Assembly: GCA_903850565.1 (NCBI GenBank)
Contig: CAINLV010000059.1
Span: forward strand, 15,981-79,980
Length of the DNA stretch: 64,000 nt
Direction of reading: 5' to 3'
DNA from: an uncultured Actinomycetes bacterium
GTDB lineage: Bacteria > Actinomycetota > Actinomycetes > Nanopelagicales > Nanopelagicaceae
Under the pieces are notes generated by a model, which was not told the origin of the DNA, did not search any database, and saw nothing but the letters and a program-made list of their open reading frames with translations. Both the position numbers and the translations under genes were made by a program. This document shows positions 46,329 to 54,931 of this stretch, in pieces (the stretch's first letter is position 1; the number at the start of each line of letters is the position of its first letter).

Positions 46329-47096
46329 CTATTCTAAAACGGGGGTATACCAAGCCGAATTTTCGTGGCGGTCAATTACCCATCCCGAATATTCAATCAA
46401 TTCCGGCTTCAAAAACAAGTAGGCACCTTCGCGGCCAGAAACGACTAACGCGGTAGCTAAAGCATCCGCTAGCCCGCCATCGGGACCAATAACAGTGGCG
46501 CTACGGGCGCCAATGGCGATAAGACCTGTGTGAGGGTCTTTGATATGAGCGCCCCGTTCATAAGTACCAGAGGTTGCTACAGCCCCGCTAAAGATTTCGT
46601 AGACTTTTACGATCTGGTCAGCATGCTCTGGGTGGCGAATTCCGATAGACCAGGGTTTGTCCGGTTCCAATCCCCCGAAAAGGGATAAATCTCCAGCAGC
46701 ATTTATCTGAATATTTTCGGCCCCGCGCTTGCGTAAGATTTCAATACATCTATCTGCCGCCCAGCCTTTTACGTAGCCAGAGGGATCAAAACCGCCTTCC
46801 ACGCACCACGGGTCAAAATATCCATCGGTGATTTCAACGGCATCTACACACAAGTCCCACACCAGTTTTACATTGTTAGGCGCGTCATTAACGTCTACTT
46901 CGCCACGACGGATTTTGGAGACTGCCGAATCAGCTTTGTAGGTGGAAAAATCTTGATCCACTTCGATCACAAATTTGCGGACTTCATCAATTGCCAGATT
47001 TAGAGCGGTCTCGGAGCATTTTTCTGATGCAACATCGAGAAAAAGCACCGTGCCCCAGACTTCGATTTCACTTCGGACTCTGGCCCGTTGCGACAT
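46329..47096 (-). CDS. apbE: FAD:protein FMN transferase (ApbE family)
   Basis: 255 aa. Motifs VATSGTYERG, GWAADR and ADALATAL. Confidence 0.9.
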   Translation of the reverse strand: MSQRARVRSEIEVWGTVLFLDVASEKCSETALNLAIDEVRKFVIEVDQDFSTYKADSAVSKIRRGEVDVNDAPNNVKLVWDLCVDAVEITDGYFDPWCVEGGFDPSGYVKGWAADRCIEILRKRGAENIQINAAGDLSLFGGLEPDKPWSIGIRHPEHADQIVKVYEIFSGAVATSGTYERGAHIKDPHTGLIAIGARSATVIGPDGGLADALATALVVSGREGAYLFLKPELIEYSGWVIDRHENSAWYTPVLE

Positions 47097-47650
47097 TACA
47101 TTCCGGCCTTTGCCAATGCTGAAGCCAACGACTGTTGCCAGCCATAAGAGGTATATGAAGCCCCACCAACACCTTGGATATTGGCAGATTGTGCCTGCAA
47201 AGTTTCTTGAACCAAATAAGGCACTGCTTGAGAATTAATATTTTGAGATCTGAAATCCCGATTGGGAACTTGTAGCGCCGTCGCTGCAGTTATCTTTCGG
47301 TTAACAACAGTGATCTGTACCTGAACTGGCCCGTAGTTGGTTTGAATGGTACTTCCGGTAAAAGTTCCCGATATGGATTTCACTGCTGGCGCCGTGGTTT
47401 TTGTGGCCGGCTTCTTCGTTGCCTTTGGTGTTGCTTTTCGCGTCGCCTTGCTCGTGGCCTTGGTTGTCTTTTTCACTGTCGCTTTTTTTGTCGGCGTCGT
47501 AGAGGCAGCTGTAGTTTTTGTAGAAGTTGTCGGAGCAGCAGAATTTAAAAGCCCACCAGAACCACTTCCAAACTGCGGCGGTGTAATTGCCAACACCCCG
47601 CCTAGGCCTGCGACAGACCCAGTTACGATCAACATCGTTCTTTTAAGCAT
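47096..47650 (-). CDS. Membrane-anchored FMN-binding domain protein (Lys/Thr-rich linker)
   Basis: 184 aa. N-terminal TM helix, a T/K/A-rich linker and a C-terminal FMN_bind-like domain with the flavinylation-type motif IQGVGGASYTS. Confidence 0.75.
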   Translation of the reverse strand: MLKRTMLIVTGSVAGLGGVLAITPPQFGSGSGGLLNSAAPTTSTKTTAASTTPTKKATVKKTTKATSKATRKATPKATKKPATKTTAPAVKSISGTFTGSTIQTNYGPVQVQITVVNRKITAATALQVPNRDFRSQNINSQAVPYLVQETLQAQSANIQGVGGASYTSYGWQQSLASALAKAGM

Positions 47651-47673
47651 TTACTCCCCCAAGATTTTGATGA

Positions 47674-48567
47674 TTACAAACCAGCTTTTGCCAATGCTGA
47701 CGCTAAGGATTGCTGCCAACCATATGATGTATAGGAAGCGCCACCTACTCCTTGGATATCAGCAGATTGTGCTTGCAAAGTTTCTTGTACCAACCACGGT
47801 CCGGCTTGTTGTGAAATTTGATTGGTTCGGAATTGACCTTGTGGCATTTGCAAAGGCGCTGCTTCCGTAATTTTATTATCGACGATTGTTATTTGAACTT
47901 GGACTATGCCATATCTTGTTTGAAAGGCGCTGCCATTAAACGTTCCAGAGACCCCTGACTTTTTAGTCGGAGTCGGCGCCGCCGTGGTTTTGACCGGGGT
48001 GGGCGTGGGAGTTGGAGTCGGTGTTGGAGTTGGAGCCTTGGTGCTATGGGTAGGAATCGGGACGGGGGTACGGGTGCTATGTGTAGGAATAGGGACTGGT
48101 GTACGGGTGGAAGTGGCCCTAGGGGTTGCGCTAGTTGTGGCCGCAGAAGGCGTAGGAGTAGGCGTATCTGAGGCAACTGGCACTGAAGTGGTCGGGGTGG
48201 AATCAGGTGTCTGACTCTTTGTGGCGACTGGAGTTCCAGCAGCCTTCGTTGTTTTTTGCGGTTTTGGTTTGGAAGTTGCTGGCGTTGATCGCGGGGTCGC
48301 CTGGGAAGGCCTATCACTTGGCGTTGGTGTCGAAACATCGCTTGGAATAGGGGTGGAAGTTGTAGTTGCAGGATCGACACTTGAAGGTGTTGTGCTCTGT
48401 GCCGGTGTTGGAGCACCGCCATTCATGCTTGGACCAGAATTGGAATTCAAAGTTCCCATTGATGATCCTGATAGTCCGCCAGAGCCAAAGTTAGGTGGAG
48501 TTATGGAGAAAACCACTCCTAAACCACCAACTGTGCCAGTCGCAATTAAAATCGCGCGTTTCATCAT
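47674..48567 (-). CDS. Membrane-anchored FMN-binding domain protein (Pro/Thr-rich linker), paralogue of 47096..47650
   Basis: 297 aa. N-terminal TM helix, a ~170-aa P/T/S-rich linker with internal repeats, and the same C-terminal domain and motif, IQGVGGASYTS. Confidence 0.75.
   Translation of the reverse strand: MMKRAILIATGTVGGLGVVFSITPPNFGSGGLSGSSMGTLNSNSGPSMNGGAPTPAQSTTPSSVDPATTTSTPIPSDVSTPTPSDRPSQATPRSTPATSKPKPQKTTKAAGTPVATKSQTPDSTPTTSVPVASDTPTPTPSAATTSATPRATSTRTPVPIPTHSTRTPVPIPTHSTKAPTPTPTPTPTPTPVKTTAAPTPTKKSGVSGTFNGSAFQTRYGIVQVQITIVDNKITEAAPLQMPQGQFRTNQISQQAGPWLVQETLQAQSADIQGVGGASYTSYGWQQSLASALAKAGL
47990..48106 (-). repeat. Coding low-complexity repeats: a (Thr-Pro)n tract and a 33-bp tandem duplication
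   Basis: GTGCTATGGGTAGGAATCGGGACGGGGGTACGG (~48041-48073) is repeated with a few mismatches at ~48074-48106 (protein RTPVPIPTHST x2). A GGTGTTGGAGTTGGAG-type tract encoding TPTPTPTPTP precedes it. Confidence 0.8.
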
Positions 48568-49896
48568 TTACACCGAATGAAATTCAAAAGCTTCGTCGTG
48601 GAACCTATTCTTCGGAATTCCACAATCACTTGCAGCCTGTCGCACGGCATCGACCAACGGCGTTGGACCACAAACATATACGTCAGAATCCCTAAACGCT
48701 GGAACAAACTTCATAATGTATTTGGCGTTCATTGGATGCGTCTTACGGTTTCCAACCAAGTAATGAACGCGAGCACCACGTGCGTCAGCGATCTCATCCA
48801 GCTCTTTTCGGAGTACTAGATCCTCTTCCTTTGAAGCACGGAAAATTACATCAATGCTCTTTGATGAATCGAACTCTTCCATCAAGGCCCGAAGTGGAGT
48901 AATGCCTACACCACCACCAATTAGTACGACATGTCCGCGTGAAGCTCGCTCAGCAACAAAGGTGCCATAAGGCCCTTCGAAGAAAACTCGAGTTCCTGGT
49001 TCAATCTTTCGAACTGAACGCGAAGCATCACCCAACTCTTTTACCGTTACTCGCATGTACTGCTTAGTTGGCGCTGCCGATAGTGAATAAGGGTGAGAGA
49101 TCCACCATTGACCTGGAGTCATAAATCGCCAGCCGAAGAATTGTCCACCTTGTGCACTCAGTCGATCCAAATTGCGCCCGCGCATCACTACTGAAACTAC
49201 GCCGGGTCCCTCAACCACGACTTGTTCCACTCGTAATCCGTGACGAAGCGAGCGCACGGTTGGTATGACTAATCGCCACAGAACGATAATTGTTCCCGAA
49301 GCGATGTAGAGAAATTCCCAAAAATATTTATTTAGCGGATGTCCAATAAACATTGGCCCTGTAAGGATTTGGTGCATGAACGACAACGCAACCGCAAGGT
49401 AGGTATAGAGGTGGATGGTCCACCAAGTTTCATAAGACATCTTTGCGCGGGCTTTTTTGTAGGAACTGATCCCCGCTGCTGCGAAAAATATAAAGGCAAC
49501 CAAGGCTGGCAACATCCATGGGTAATGAACGACTAAGCGCCATAGTTCAACTGCCATTGGTGCATGATCGTTTCCGGCATAACCCAGAGTTACAAAGAGG
49601 ACGTGAAAGGTGATCAGATAAAGAGAGTACGGTCCCAATTTTCGGTGCCAAATAACTAAGCGATCATGGCCAACAGACTTTTCGATCCAGGAAACTCGAG
49701 AAACTAGGACTAAGCCGACTAGGGCCAGATAAGCACCCAGAAGGGCACACATCCGCGAAACCGAGGTCACGATGGCATAGAAAGAGGCCCAATCAGATTT
49801 AGTGGTGGTCTCCAGAAAGATGGCACTAGTTAAGCCGACGCCAAGCCCCAGAACCGTGGCGGCCAGATCTGCGTTGTACCGTTTCCCAATTGCCAT
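48568..49896 (-). CDS. Ferric-reductase-like transmembrane domain fused to an FAD/NAD(P)-binding ferredoxin-reductase-type module
   Basis: 442 aa. Six TM helices with paired His residues, then the HPYSLS (FAD) and LIGGGVGITP (NAD) motifs. Confidence 0.85.
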   Translation of the reverse strand: MAIGKRYNADLAATVLGLGVGLTSAIFLETTTKSDWASFYAIVTSVSRMCALLGAYLALVGLVLVSRVSWIEKSVGHDRLVIWHRKLGPYSLYLITFHVLFVTLGYAGNDHAPMAVELWRLVVHYPWMLPALVAFIFFAAAGISSYKKARAKMSYETWWTIHLYTYLAVALSFMHQILTGPMFIGHPLNKYFWEFLYIASGTIIVLWRLVIPTVRSLRHGLRVEQVVVEGPGVVSVVMRGRNLDRLSAQGGQFFGWRFMTPGQWWISHPYSLSAAPTKQYMRVTVKELGDASRSVRKIEPGTRVFFEGPYGTFVAERASRGHVVLIGGGVGITPLRALMEEFDSSKSIDVIFRASKEEDLVLRKELDEIADARGARVHYLVGNRKTHPMNAKYIMKFVPAFRDSDVYVCGPTPLVDAVRQAASDCGIPKNRFHDEAFEFHSV

Positions 49897-49999
49897 GTCT
49901 GTATCAAACCTTCCAATCCTGAGAGGTTTATGAAACCCGCCCGAGAGAGAACGCTGAATTCCCCCTTTTTAAGCCTAGCCTCTTCTTAGCTAAATGCCC

Positions 50000-52900
50000 C
50001 TACTTAACCTGAATCTCCACCCGCCGATTGAGTGCCTGCCCGACTGGGTCGTTATTTGGGGCCACCGGCGAAGTTGCTGCCTTAGCCGCAGTTTTGATTG
50101 AAATATTTTGCTTGGCAAGTGCATTCCCCAGATATTGGGCAACTGCGGCAGCTCTTTGAGCTGACAATTTCTGATTGTCAAAGGTTCCAGAACCAGAGCT
50201 ATCGGTATAACCCAATAGGTAAATGCTGGTGAATCCATATTTGGAAACACTGGCAACAACTGCGTCCAAAATCTTTATCGCCGCTGGGGTCAACTTCGAC
50301 AATCCCAAATCAAAGTTCACATTAGCTATGGAAGCGAAGCGATTAGGAATGGATAAATTGACGATGAAGATCTGTCCAGTGTCGGCAGTTCCCCTAACCT
50401 CCACGACATCACCTGGCCCAAGAATCACTGGGAGTTTGATCTCGTTACCGCTTGATACGGTGACTTTGATCTGTACACCATTGACTAGCACTTCGACCTT
50501 CACGATGTTCTTTGACATATTTAGTTGGATGATTTGAGCCAACGAAATGATCTGATTGACCTGAACTTTCTTTTGACCAAGGTTAGATTTGAATTCGGCT
50601 TTGAAGAAAGTTTCCGAACTCTTAAGCCACTGGGCATAGAGATTGGTATTTGCGGTCGGGACTAAGTCAGTACCAACCAGCGCTTCAGTTCCAGAACCAT
50701 CAGCGACGGTATTCCAACCAATGAAGATGAACCCTATTTTGGAAAGCGAACCTGGAAGAACCACAAGTGATGCAGTCCCGACTTTGTAATTCTGCGTTGC
50801 AGGGGCTGATCCCGAAGTTGCTTTATTTGCGTAGTAGTAGACCTTGTAAACTTTAGGGATCCAGTCGGCAAACAAGTTCAATTTGAGATCTTGGGTGAGA
50901 ACCAATTTCTGTCCTACGGCGTAGGAAATGCCAGAGCCGTTGGCTTCCGTGTTCCAGCCACCAAAGTTGTACCCCTCTAGGGTGAACCCGGTTTTAGGAA
51001 GAGTAACTTTCAGTGTGGAGTTATGAATTGGATCCATGGAACCAGTACCACCATTGCCATCAAAAATGATGTCACAGAGGAAAAGGTTGGACTTCCATAC
51101 CGCGGTCAGCACCAAATCATGACCTGGCATTTCAAAATTGGCGCTCGGAACATACGACTTGGTTCCATCACTCCATCCAATGAAGGTGTTATCTGGATAT
51201 CGCAGTCCACTGCCATTCGGCAGATTAAAGTGCGCTGCCACTTCGAGAGTTTGATTTCGTGGCACCGTACCGATGATCCCCGAACCATCACCTAAGGAGT
51301 AAGAAACCGTAAAGGTGTCCGCAGCAAATGTGACCACCACGGTGTGATCGCCACTGATGGCTGCGAAGTTATAACCAGCTGGAGCACCTGCCTGAACTTG
51401 GCCATCCACACTCAGGCTTGCGATGTGGTGGAAGGCGCTTGGGGTGAAGACGTAAATCTGATGGGCGCCGAAAGTAAATGAAGTAGCTCCGCTTGGGGTG
51501 ATCGTTCCAGAGCCGGTTGCTGAGGCGGTGATGGTGTAGTGATTGATCGTCCAGAGCGCATAGACCGTCCCACTGCCACTAGGGATATAGGGCGAGGTCA
51601 ACGCGGTCCCACTGGGCGATAGCGACCAGCCTGCGAAGGAGTACCCGGTCTTGGCCAAAGAACCAGCGGCGGGCAAGGTTATTGCCGAACCACCGACCAC
51701 AAAGATGGCTGGGCTAGGTAGGGTCCCACTCGTTTCGCCACTTCCAGAATAGGTAATGGTGTACTGGACGAGATCCACTTCAAATATTGCCATCACGGAT
51801 CGAGCCGAAACGATATTGCCATCGTTTCTAGTCGCCGAGCGGGCATCATCAGACCAACGCAGGAAGTGATAGCCAGTATGTGCCAGTGCCACCACGGGTG
51901 AAGCTGACATGGCGTAGGCAACAGATTGTGCTGGTATCCCCGAGATATAACCCCCGGTGCTAGCGGTGTAGTTAACCGGGTAGAAATTAATATTCCATAC
52001 CGCATAGAGGGTGATATCGGCGGCGAAGTCATAGGTAGAACCATCTGAATAGACCACCACGCCGCCGGCAGAGGTTGCCCAACCAGTGAAGGTGTAACCG
52101 GAGCGAGTGAAGGTGCTGGTCGCTAGAGCAGTAGGAACTCCAAATTCCTGATCGACCATACTTCCAGTGCCACCATAAACGTTAAATGAAACTAGGTGAG
52201 TACCCGACAAAACTGGAGTCCAGACCGCATACAAAATTACATCTAAATCTTCAACGCTTAGCAATTCATCAGGGCTGTAAGAAGTCCCCAGCCCATCGGC
52301 TTGGGTATTCCATCCGGCAAATGTGTATCCGGTGCGAACCAGTGTTCCAGTATTTCCTAGAACTGTTGCTGAAGTGTTGTAATCGTGGCTGGCTTCATCA
52401 ACGGGAACAGAACCAGCAGTATTTTCATTTCCGTGGTAGGTCACGGTGTGATTATTGAGAGACCAGTGACCATACAAAGTTAAATCGTCCGTGAAATCCC
52501 ATAGCCATGATTGACCAGTGGGGCCACGAGGTTCACCGCCCCCCGTAGGTGCCAAGTACCAACCTAAGAAGGTGTGCCCTCTGTACTCAGGCGCAGATGC
52601 TGAACTTGCATATCCGTCAACCGTGAAAGATCCTGGATCAACTGGACTGCCACCTTGGCTGTCATAAGTAACGGTGTATGTATTAGGCCTCCACTGTGCG
52701 ATGAAGGTGGCATCTATTCCAAATGCATACACTTCATTGTCATCATAATTTTCCGTGCCACTAATTAGATTATGCGTAATCCACCCGTCGAAGGTGTAAC
52801 CGGCGAGAATAAAGGTGTTACTTCGAAGGGCTGTTGGTGTAGAGGCAGATTGATCGGCCATTGTTCCAGTTCCACCATTGGCATCAAAGGTGACGGTATG

Positions 52901-54109
52901 AGGACTCACCGTCCACTTTGCATAGAGATCAACGTCAAAGGAGAAGTTATAAATAGCTCCGTCATCAAGGATAATTGCGCCGTCAGAATAAGTTGCCCAG
53001 CCGGCAAAGAACCAACCATCCCGAGTAAAAGTATTTCTGTTTAACGCAGTCGTGTCATTTGATACCTGCGGATCCATCGACCCAGATCCACCATTGGCGT
53101 GGAAAGTCAAGGTGTGATTCGACAGTGCTGTCCACTGGGCATACAGAGTAACGTTGTGAGTAAAGTCAAAAGTTCCTAGTTCTTCATAATTAATACTTCC
53201 GCTAGACATGGTTGACCACCCCATGAAGTAATACCCGCTTCGAGTAAAACTGTTTGGAGCCAAAGATGCACTCGCTCCCGTTGTGTTTTCTTGAGGAGAC
53301 ATGGTTCCAGTTCCACCGTTAGCGTCAAAGGTGACCGTGTGAGATGGATCCGCACATCCATCGCCTGGGGAATTTACAACGATCTCAACGGATGGGGTAA
53401 CTCCATCTCCAAAAATATAGCCGTCTGGAAGACTGGTGATAGCTGTAAAGGTGTAGCTTCCAATAACGCAGGGATTGAAATTATCCGTATCTCTCCAACC
53501 GGTGATTGTGTATGAAAGTGTTTGAGCTCCTCCATCTCCAAAGTAACCCGTTTGAAAGTAATCCACCGAGTCAGGAAGCATGCACGCTGGAGTATTGCAA
53601 ATATAGGTGTAGCTATTGAAATTTATGTCGGAAATCGGGTCAACGCTTGTCACCCAATCCCAGGCCCAAACTGCATACAAAGGCAAGTCGGCAGAAAAGC
53701 CATAAGAGTTTTCGTCAAAAAATCTAACGTAACCAACTACGTCGACATAGAACCCTGGAGCAACGACTGTCGTGGACCAACCTGTGAAAAAGTAACCGCT
53801 CTTAGTAAAAGTATTTTTTGTCAATGCGATGGTATCGTACTCAGTTTGATCGCTCATGGTTCCCGTGCCGCCATTATTATCAAACGTAACGGTGTGTGGA
53901 AGAATGAGCGTCCAGAGTGCATACAGAGTTGTATCCGCAGCAAAGTCATAACTTTCGCCATCGGTGTAAACCACTGGGCCACTTGCCGAAGTTGCCCACC
54001 CGTCGAAGGTGTAACCAGTGCGAGTAAATGTATTCGCCGTGAGCGCTGTGGCCACATTGGTGACTTGATCGCTCATGGTTCCGGAGCCACCATTATTGTC
54101 GAAGATCAA
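50000..54109 (-). CDS. Giant cell-surface protein, main part: Listeria-Bacteroides (InlB B-repeat/Flg_new-type) repeats and a C-terminal OmpA-like peptidoglycan-binding domain
   Basis: 1369 aa. Units recur of the form TVTFDANGGTGTMSDQ...FTRSGYTFTGWATSASG..Y.DG..YDF..D.TLYAVW. The C-terminus YLLGYTDSSGSGTFDNQKLSAQRAAAVAQYL...NRRVEIQV is OmpA_C-like. The reading frame continues upstream through one TAG into 54188..54751. Confidence 0.85.
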   Translation of the reverse strand: MIFDNNGGSGTMSDQVTNVATALTANTFTRTGYTFDGWATSASGPVVYTDGESYDFAADTTLYALWTLILPHTVTFDNNGGTGTMSDQTEYDTIALTKNTFTKSGYFFTGWSTTVVAPGFYVDVVGYVRFFDENSYGFSADLPLYAVWAWDWVTSVDPISDINFNSYTYICNTPACMLPDSVDYFQTGYFGDGGAQTLSYTITGWRDTDNFNPCVIGSYTFTAITSLPDGYIFGDGVTPSVEIVVNSPGDGCADPSHTVTFDANGGTGTMSPQENTTGASASLAPNSFTRSGYYFMGWSTMSSGSINYEELGTFDFTHNVTLYAQWTALSNHTLTFHANGGSGSMDPQVSNDTTALNRNTFTRDGWFFAGWATYSDGAIILDDGAIYNFSFDVDLYAKWTVSPHTVTFDANGGTGTMADQSASTPTALRSNTFILAGYTFDGWITHNLISGTENYDDNEVYAFGIDATFIAQWRPNTYTVTYDSQGGSPVDPGSFTVDGYASSASAPEYRGHTFLGWYLAPTGGGEPRGPTGQSWLWDFTDDLTLYGHWSLNNHTVTYHGNENTAGSVPVDEASHDYNTSATVLGNTGTLVRTGYTFAGWNTQADGLGTSYSPDELLSVEDLDVILYAVWTPVLSGTHLVSFNVYGGTGSMVDQEFGVPTALATSTFTRSGYTFTGWATSAGGVVVYSDGSTYDFAADITLYAVWNINFYPVNYTASTGGYISGIPAQSVAYAMSASPVVALAHTGYHFLRWSDDARSATRNDGNIVSARSVMAIFEVDLVQYTITYSGSGETSGTLPSPAIFVVGGSAITLPAAGSLAKTGYSFAGWSLSPSGTALTSPYIPSGSGTVYALWTINHYTITASATGSGTITPSGATSFTFGAHQIYVFTPSAFHHIASLSVDGQVQAGAPAGYNFAAISGDHTVVVTFAADTFTVSYSLGDGSGIIGTVPRNQTLEVAAHFNLPNGSGLRYPDNTFIGWSDGTKSYVPSANFEMPGHDLVLTAVWKSNLFLCDIIFDGNGGTGSMDPIHNSTLKVTLPKTGFTLEGYNFGGWNTEANGSGISYAVGQKLVLTQDLKLNLFADWIPKVYKVYYYANKATSGSAPATQNYKVGTASLVVLPGSLSKIGFIFIGWNTVADGSGTEALVGTDLVPTANTNLYAQWLKSSETFFKAEFKSNLGQKKVQVNQIISLAQIIQLNMSKNIVKVEVLVNGVQIKVTVSSGNEIKLPVILGPGDVVEVRGTADTGQIFIVNLSIPNRFASIANVNFDLGLSKLTPAAIKILDAVVASVSKYGFTSIYLLGYTDSSGSGTFDNQKLSAQRAAAVAQYLGNALAKQNISIKTAAKAATSPVAPNNDPVGQALNRRVEIQVK

Positions 54110-54187
54110 TGTGTGATTAGGCAGAGCCGTCCATTGGGCATATAAAGTGGCGCCACCTGCACTGAAATCAAAACCGCCAGCATCTTC

Positions 54188-54751
54188 CTATACGATTCCT
54201 TGATCTCCAGCTAAGGGATCAGTATTCCATCCAGTAAATGTGTAACCAGTGAGTGAAAAAGTATTGGGAGTCAAGGTAGTAAAAATGCTATTAACCTGAT
54301 CGCTCATCGTTCCACTGCCACCATTTGCATCGAACACAACTGTGCTGGTACTTCCACTACCCGGGTCTACCCAGCCTGGACAACCGAATGCGGTGTTATC
54401 TATAAGACAAGGATTACTACCACCAGTGTCTTCAGACCAAATCGCATACAGGGTTATGTCCACCGTGAAGTCATATGTGGCTTGGTCTGTATATTCAACA
54501 ACACCTGTTGGTGAAGAGCTCCAACCATCGAATAGATATCCAGCGAGAATATATTGATTTACATTTAGTGATGCAGGAGCTGCACTAGTTTGAGGCAAAG
54601 TTGAACCGCTATCGGCACCGTTACCATCGAAAGTCACCGTGTAAGTAGTCGGGGCGGCGTGCACCGCCGGTACACCACCAAGAGCAAACATTGTCGCGGA
54701 AAGGGAGAAGGAAACTAGCGCTCTTAGGAATTTACTGCGGGGCATCTTCAT
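54188..54751 (-). CDS. N-terminal fragment of the same surface protein (signal peptide plus the first repeats), ending at an in-frame TAG
   Basis: Start chosen at MKMPRSKFLRALVSFSLSATMFALGGVPAVHA, preceded by GGAAAGG. It contains TVTFDGNGADSG and VVFDANGGSGTMSDQ repeats. The stop TAG at 54188-54190 falls in the middle of a repeat. Confidence 0.75.
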   Translation of the reverse strand: MKMPRSKFLRALVSFSLSATMFALGGVPAVHAAPTTYTVTFDGNGADSGSTLPQTSAAPASLNVNQYILAGYLFDGWSSSPTGVVEYTDQATYDFTVDITLYAIWSEDTGGSNPCLIDNTAFGCPGWVDPGSGSTSTVVFDANGGSGTMSDQVNSIFTTLTPNTFSLTGYTFTGWNTDPLAGDQGIV

Positions 54752-54763
54752 GCCTTTCCGAGT

Positions 54764-54787
54764 TATCTGAATCTTGCGTTTCAGATA
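54764..54787 (-). other. 8-bp stem hairpin immediately upstream of the RBS of the surface-protein gene
   Basis: TATCTGAA-8 nt-TTCAGATA. On the minus strand it precedes ACTCGGAAAGGCATG. Confidence 0.3.
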
Positions 54788-54931
54788 TAGGAAAAGTATT
54801 TCCTTTGTAAAAATTAATAACAGAGTTGTGTTACGAGGTAGCCCTAATGTAAGTGTGAGAAAGCACAACTAATGATGAAATAACACCTAAAATCATTAGA
54901 CATCTACCCTAATGAAATAAAAATGCGATCT

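Noticed and set aside
47346-48580. Long antisense or alternative-frame ORFs across the FMN-binding genes (47346..47870 +, 47904..48422 -, 47984..48214 +, 48221..48580 +).
   Set aside because: These are low-complexity translations (poly-Val/Gly or Arg/Pro/Gln-rich) produced by the Pro/Thr/Lys-rich linker DNA. The frames with TM anchor and FMN_bind domain explain the sequence.
54188-54190. The in-frame TAG in the surface-protein gene as programmed recoding or suppression, possibly served by the nearby tRNA-like element.
   Set aside because: TAG terminates other well-defined genes in the window, such as the glnR-like gene at 36200-36202. The tRNA-like fragment cannot be folded with a CUA anticodon: the loop is CUAACGA and a register giving CUA has no stem. 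A point mutation, polymorphism or sequencing error is the simpler reading.
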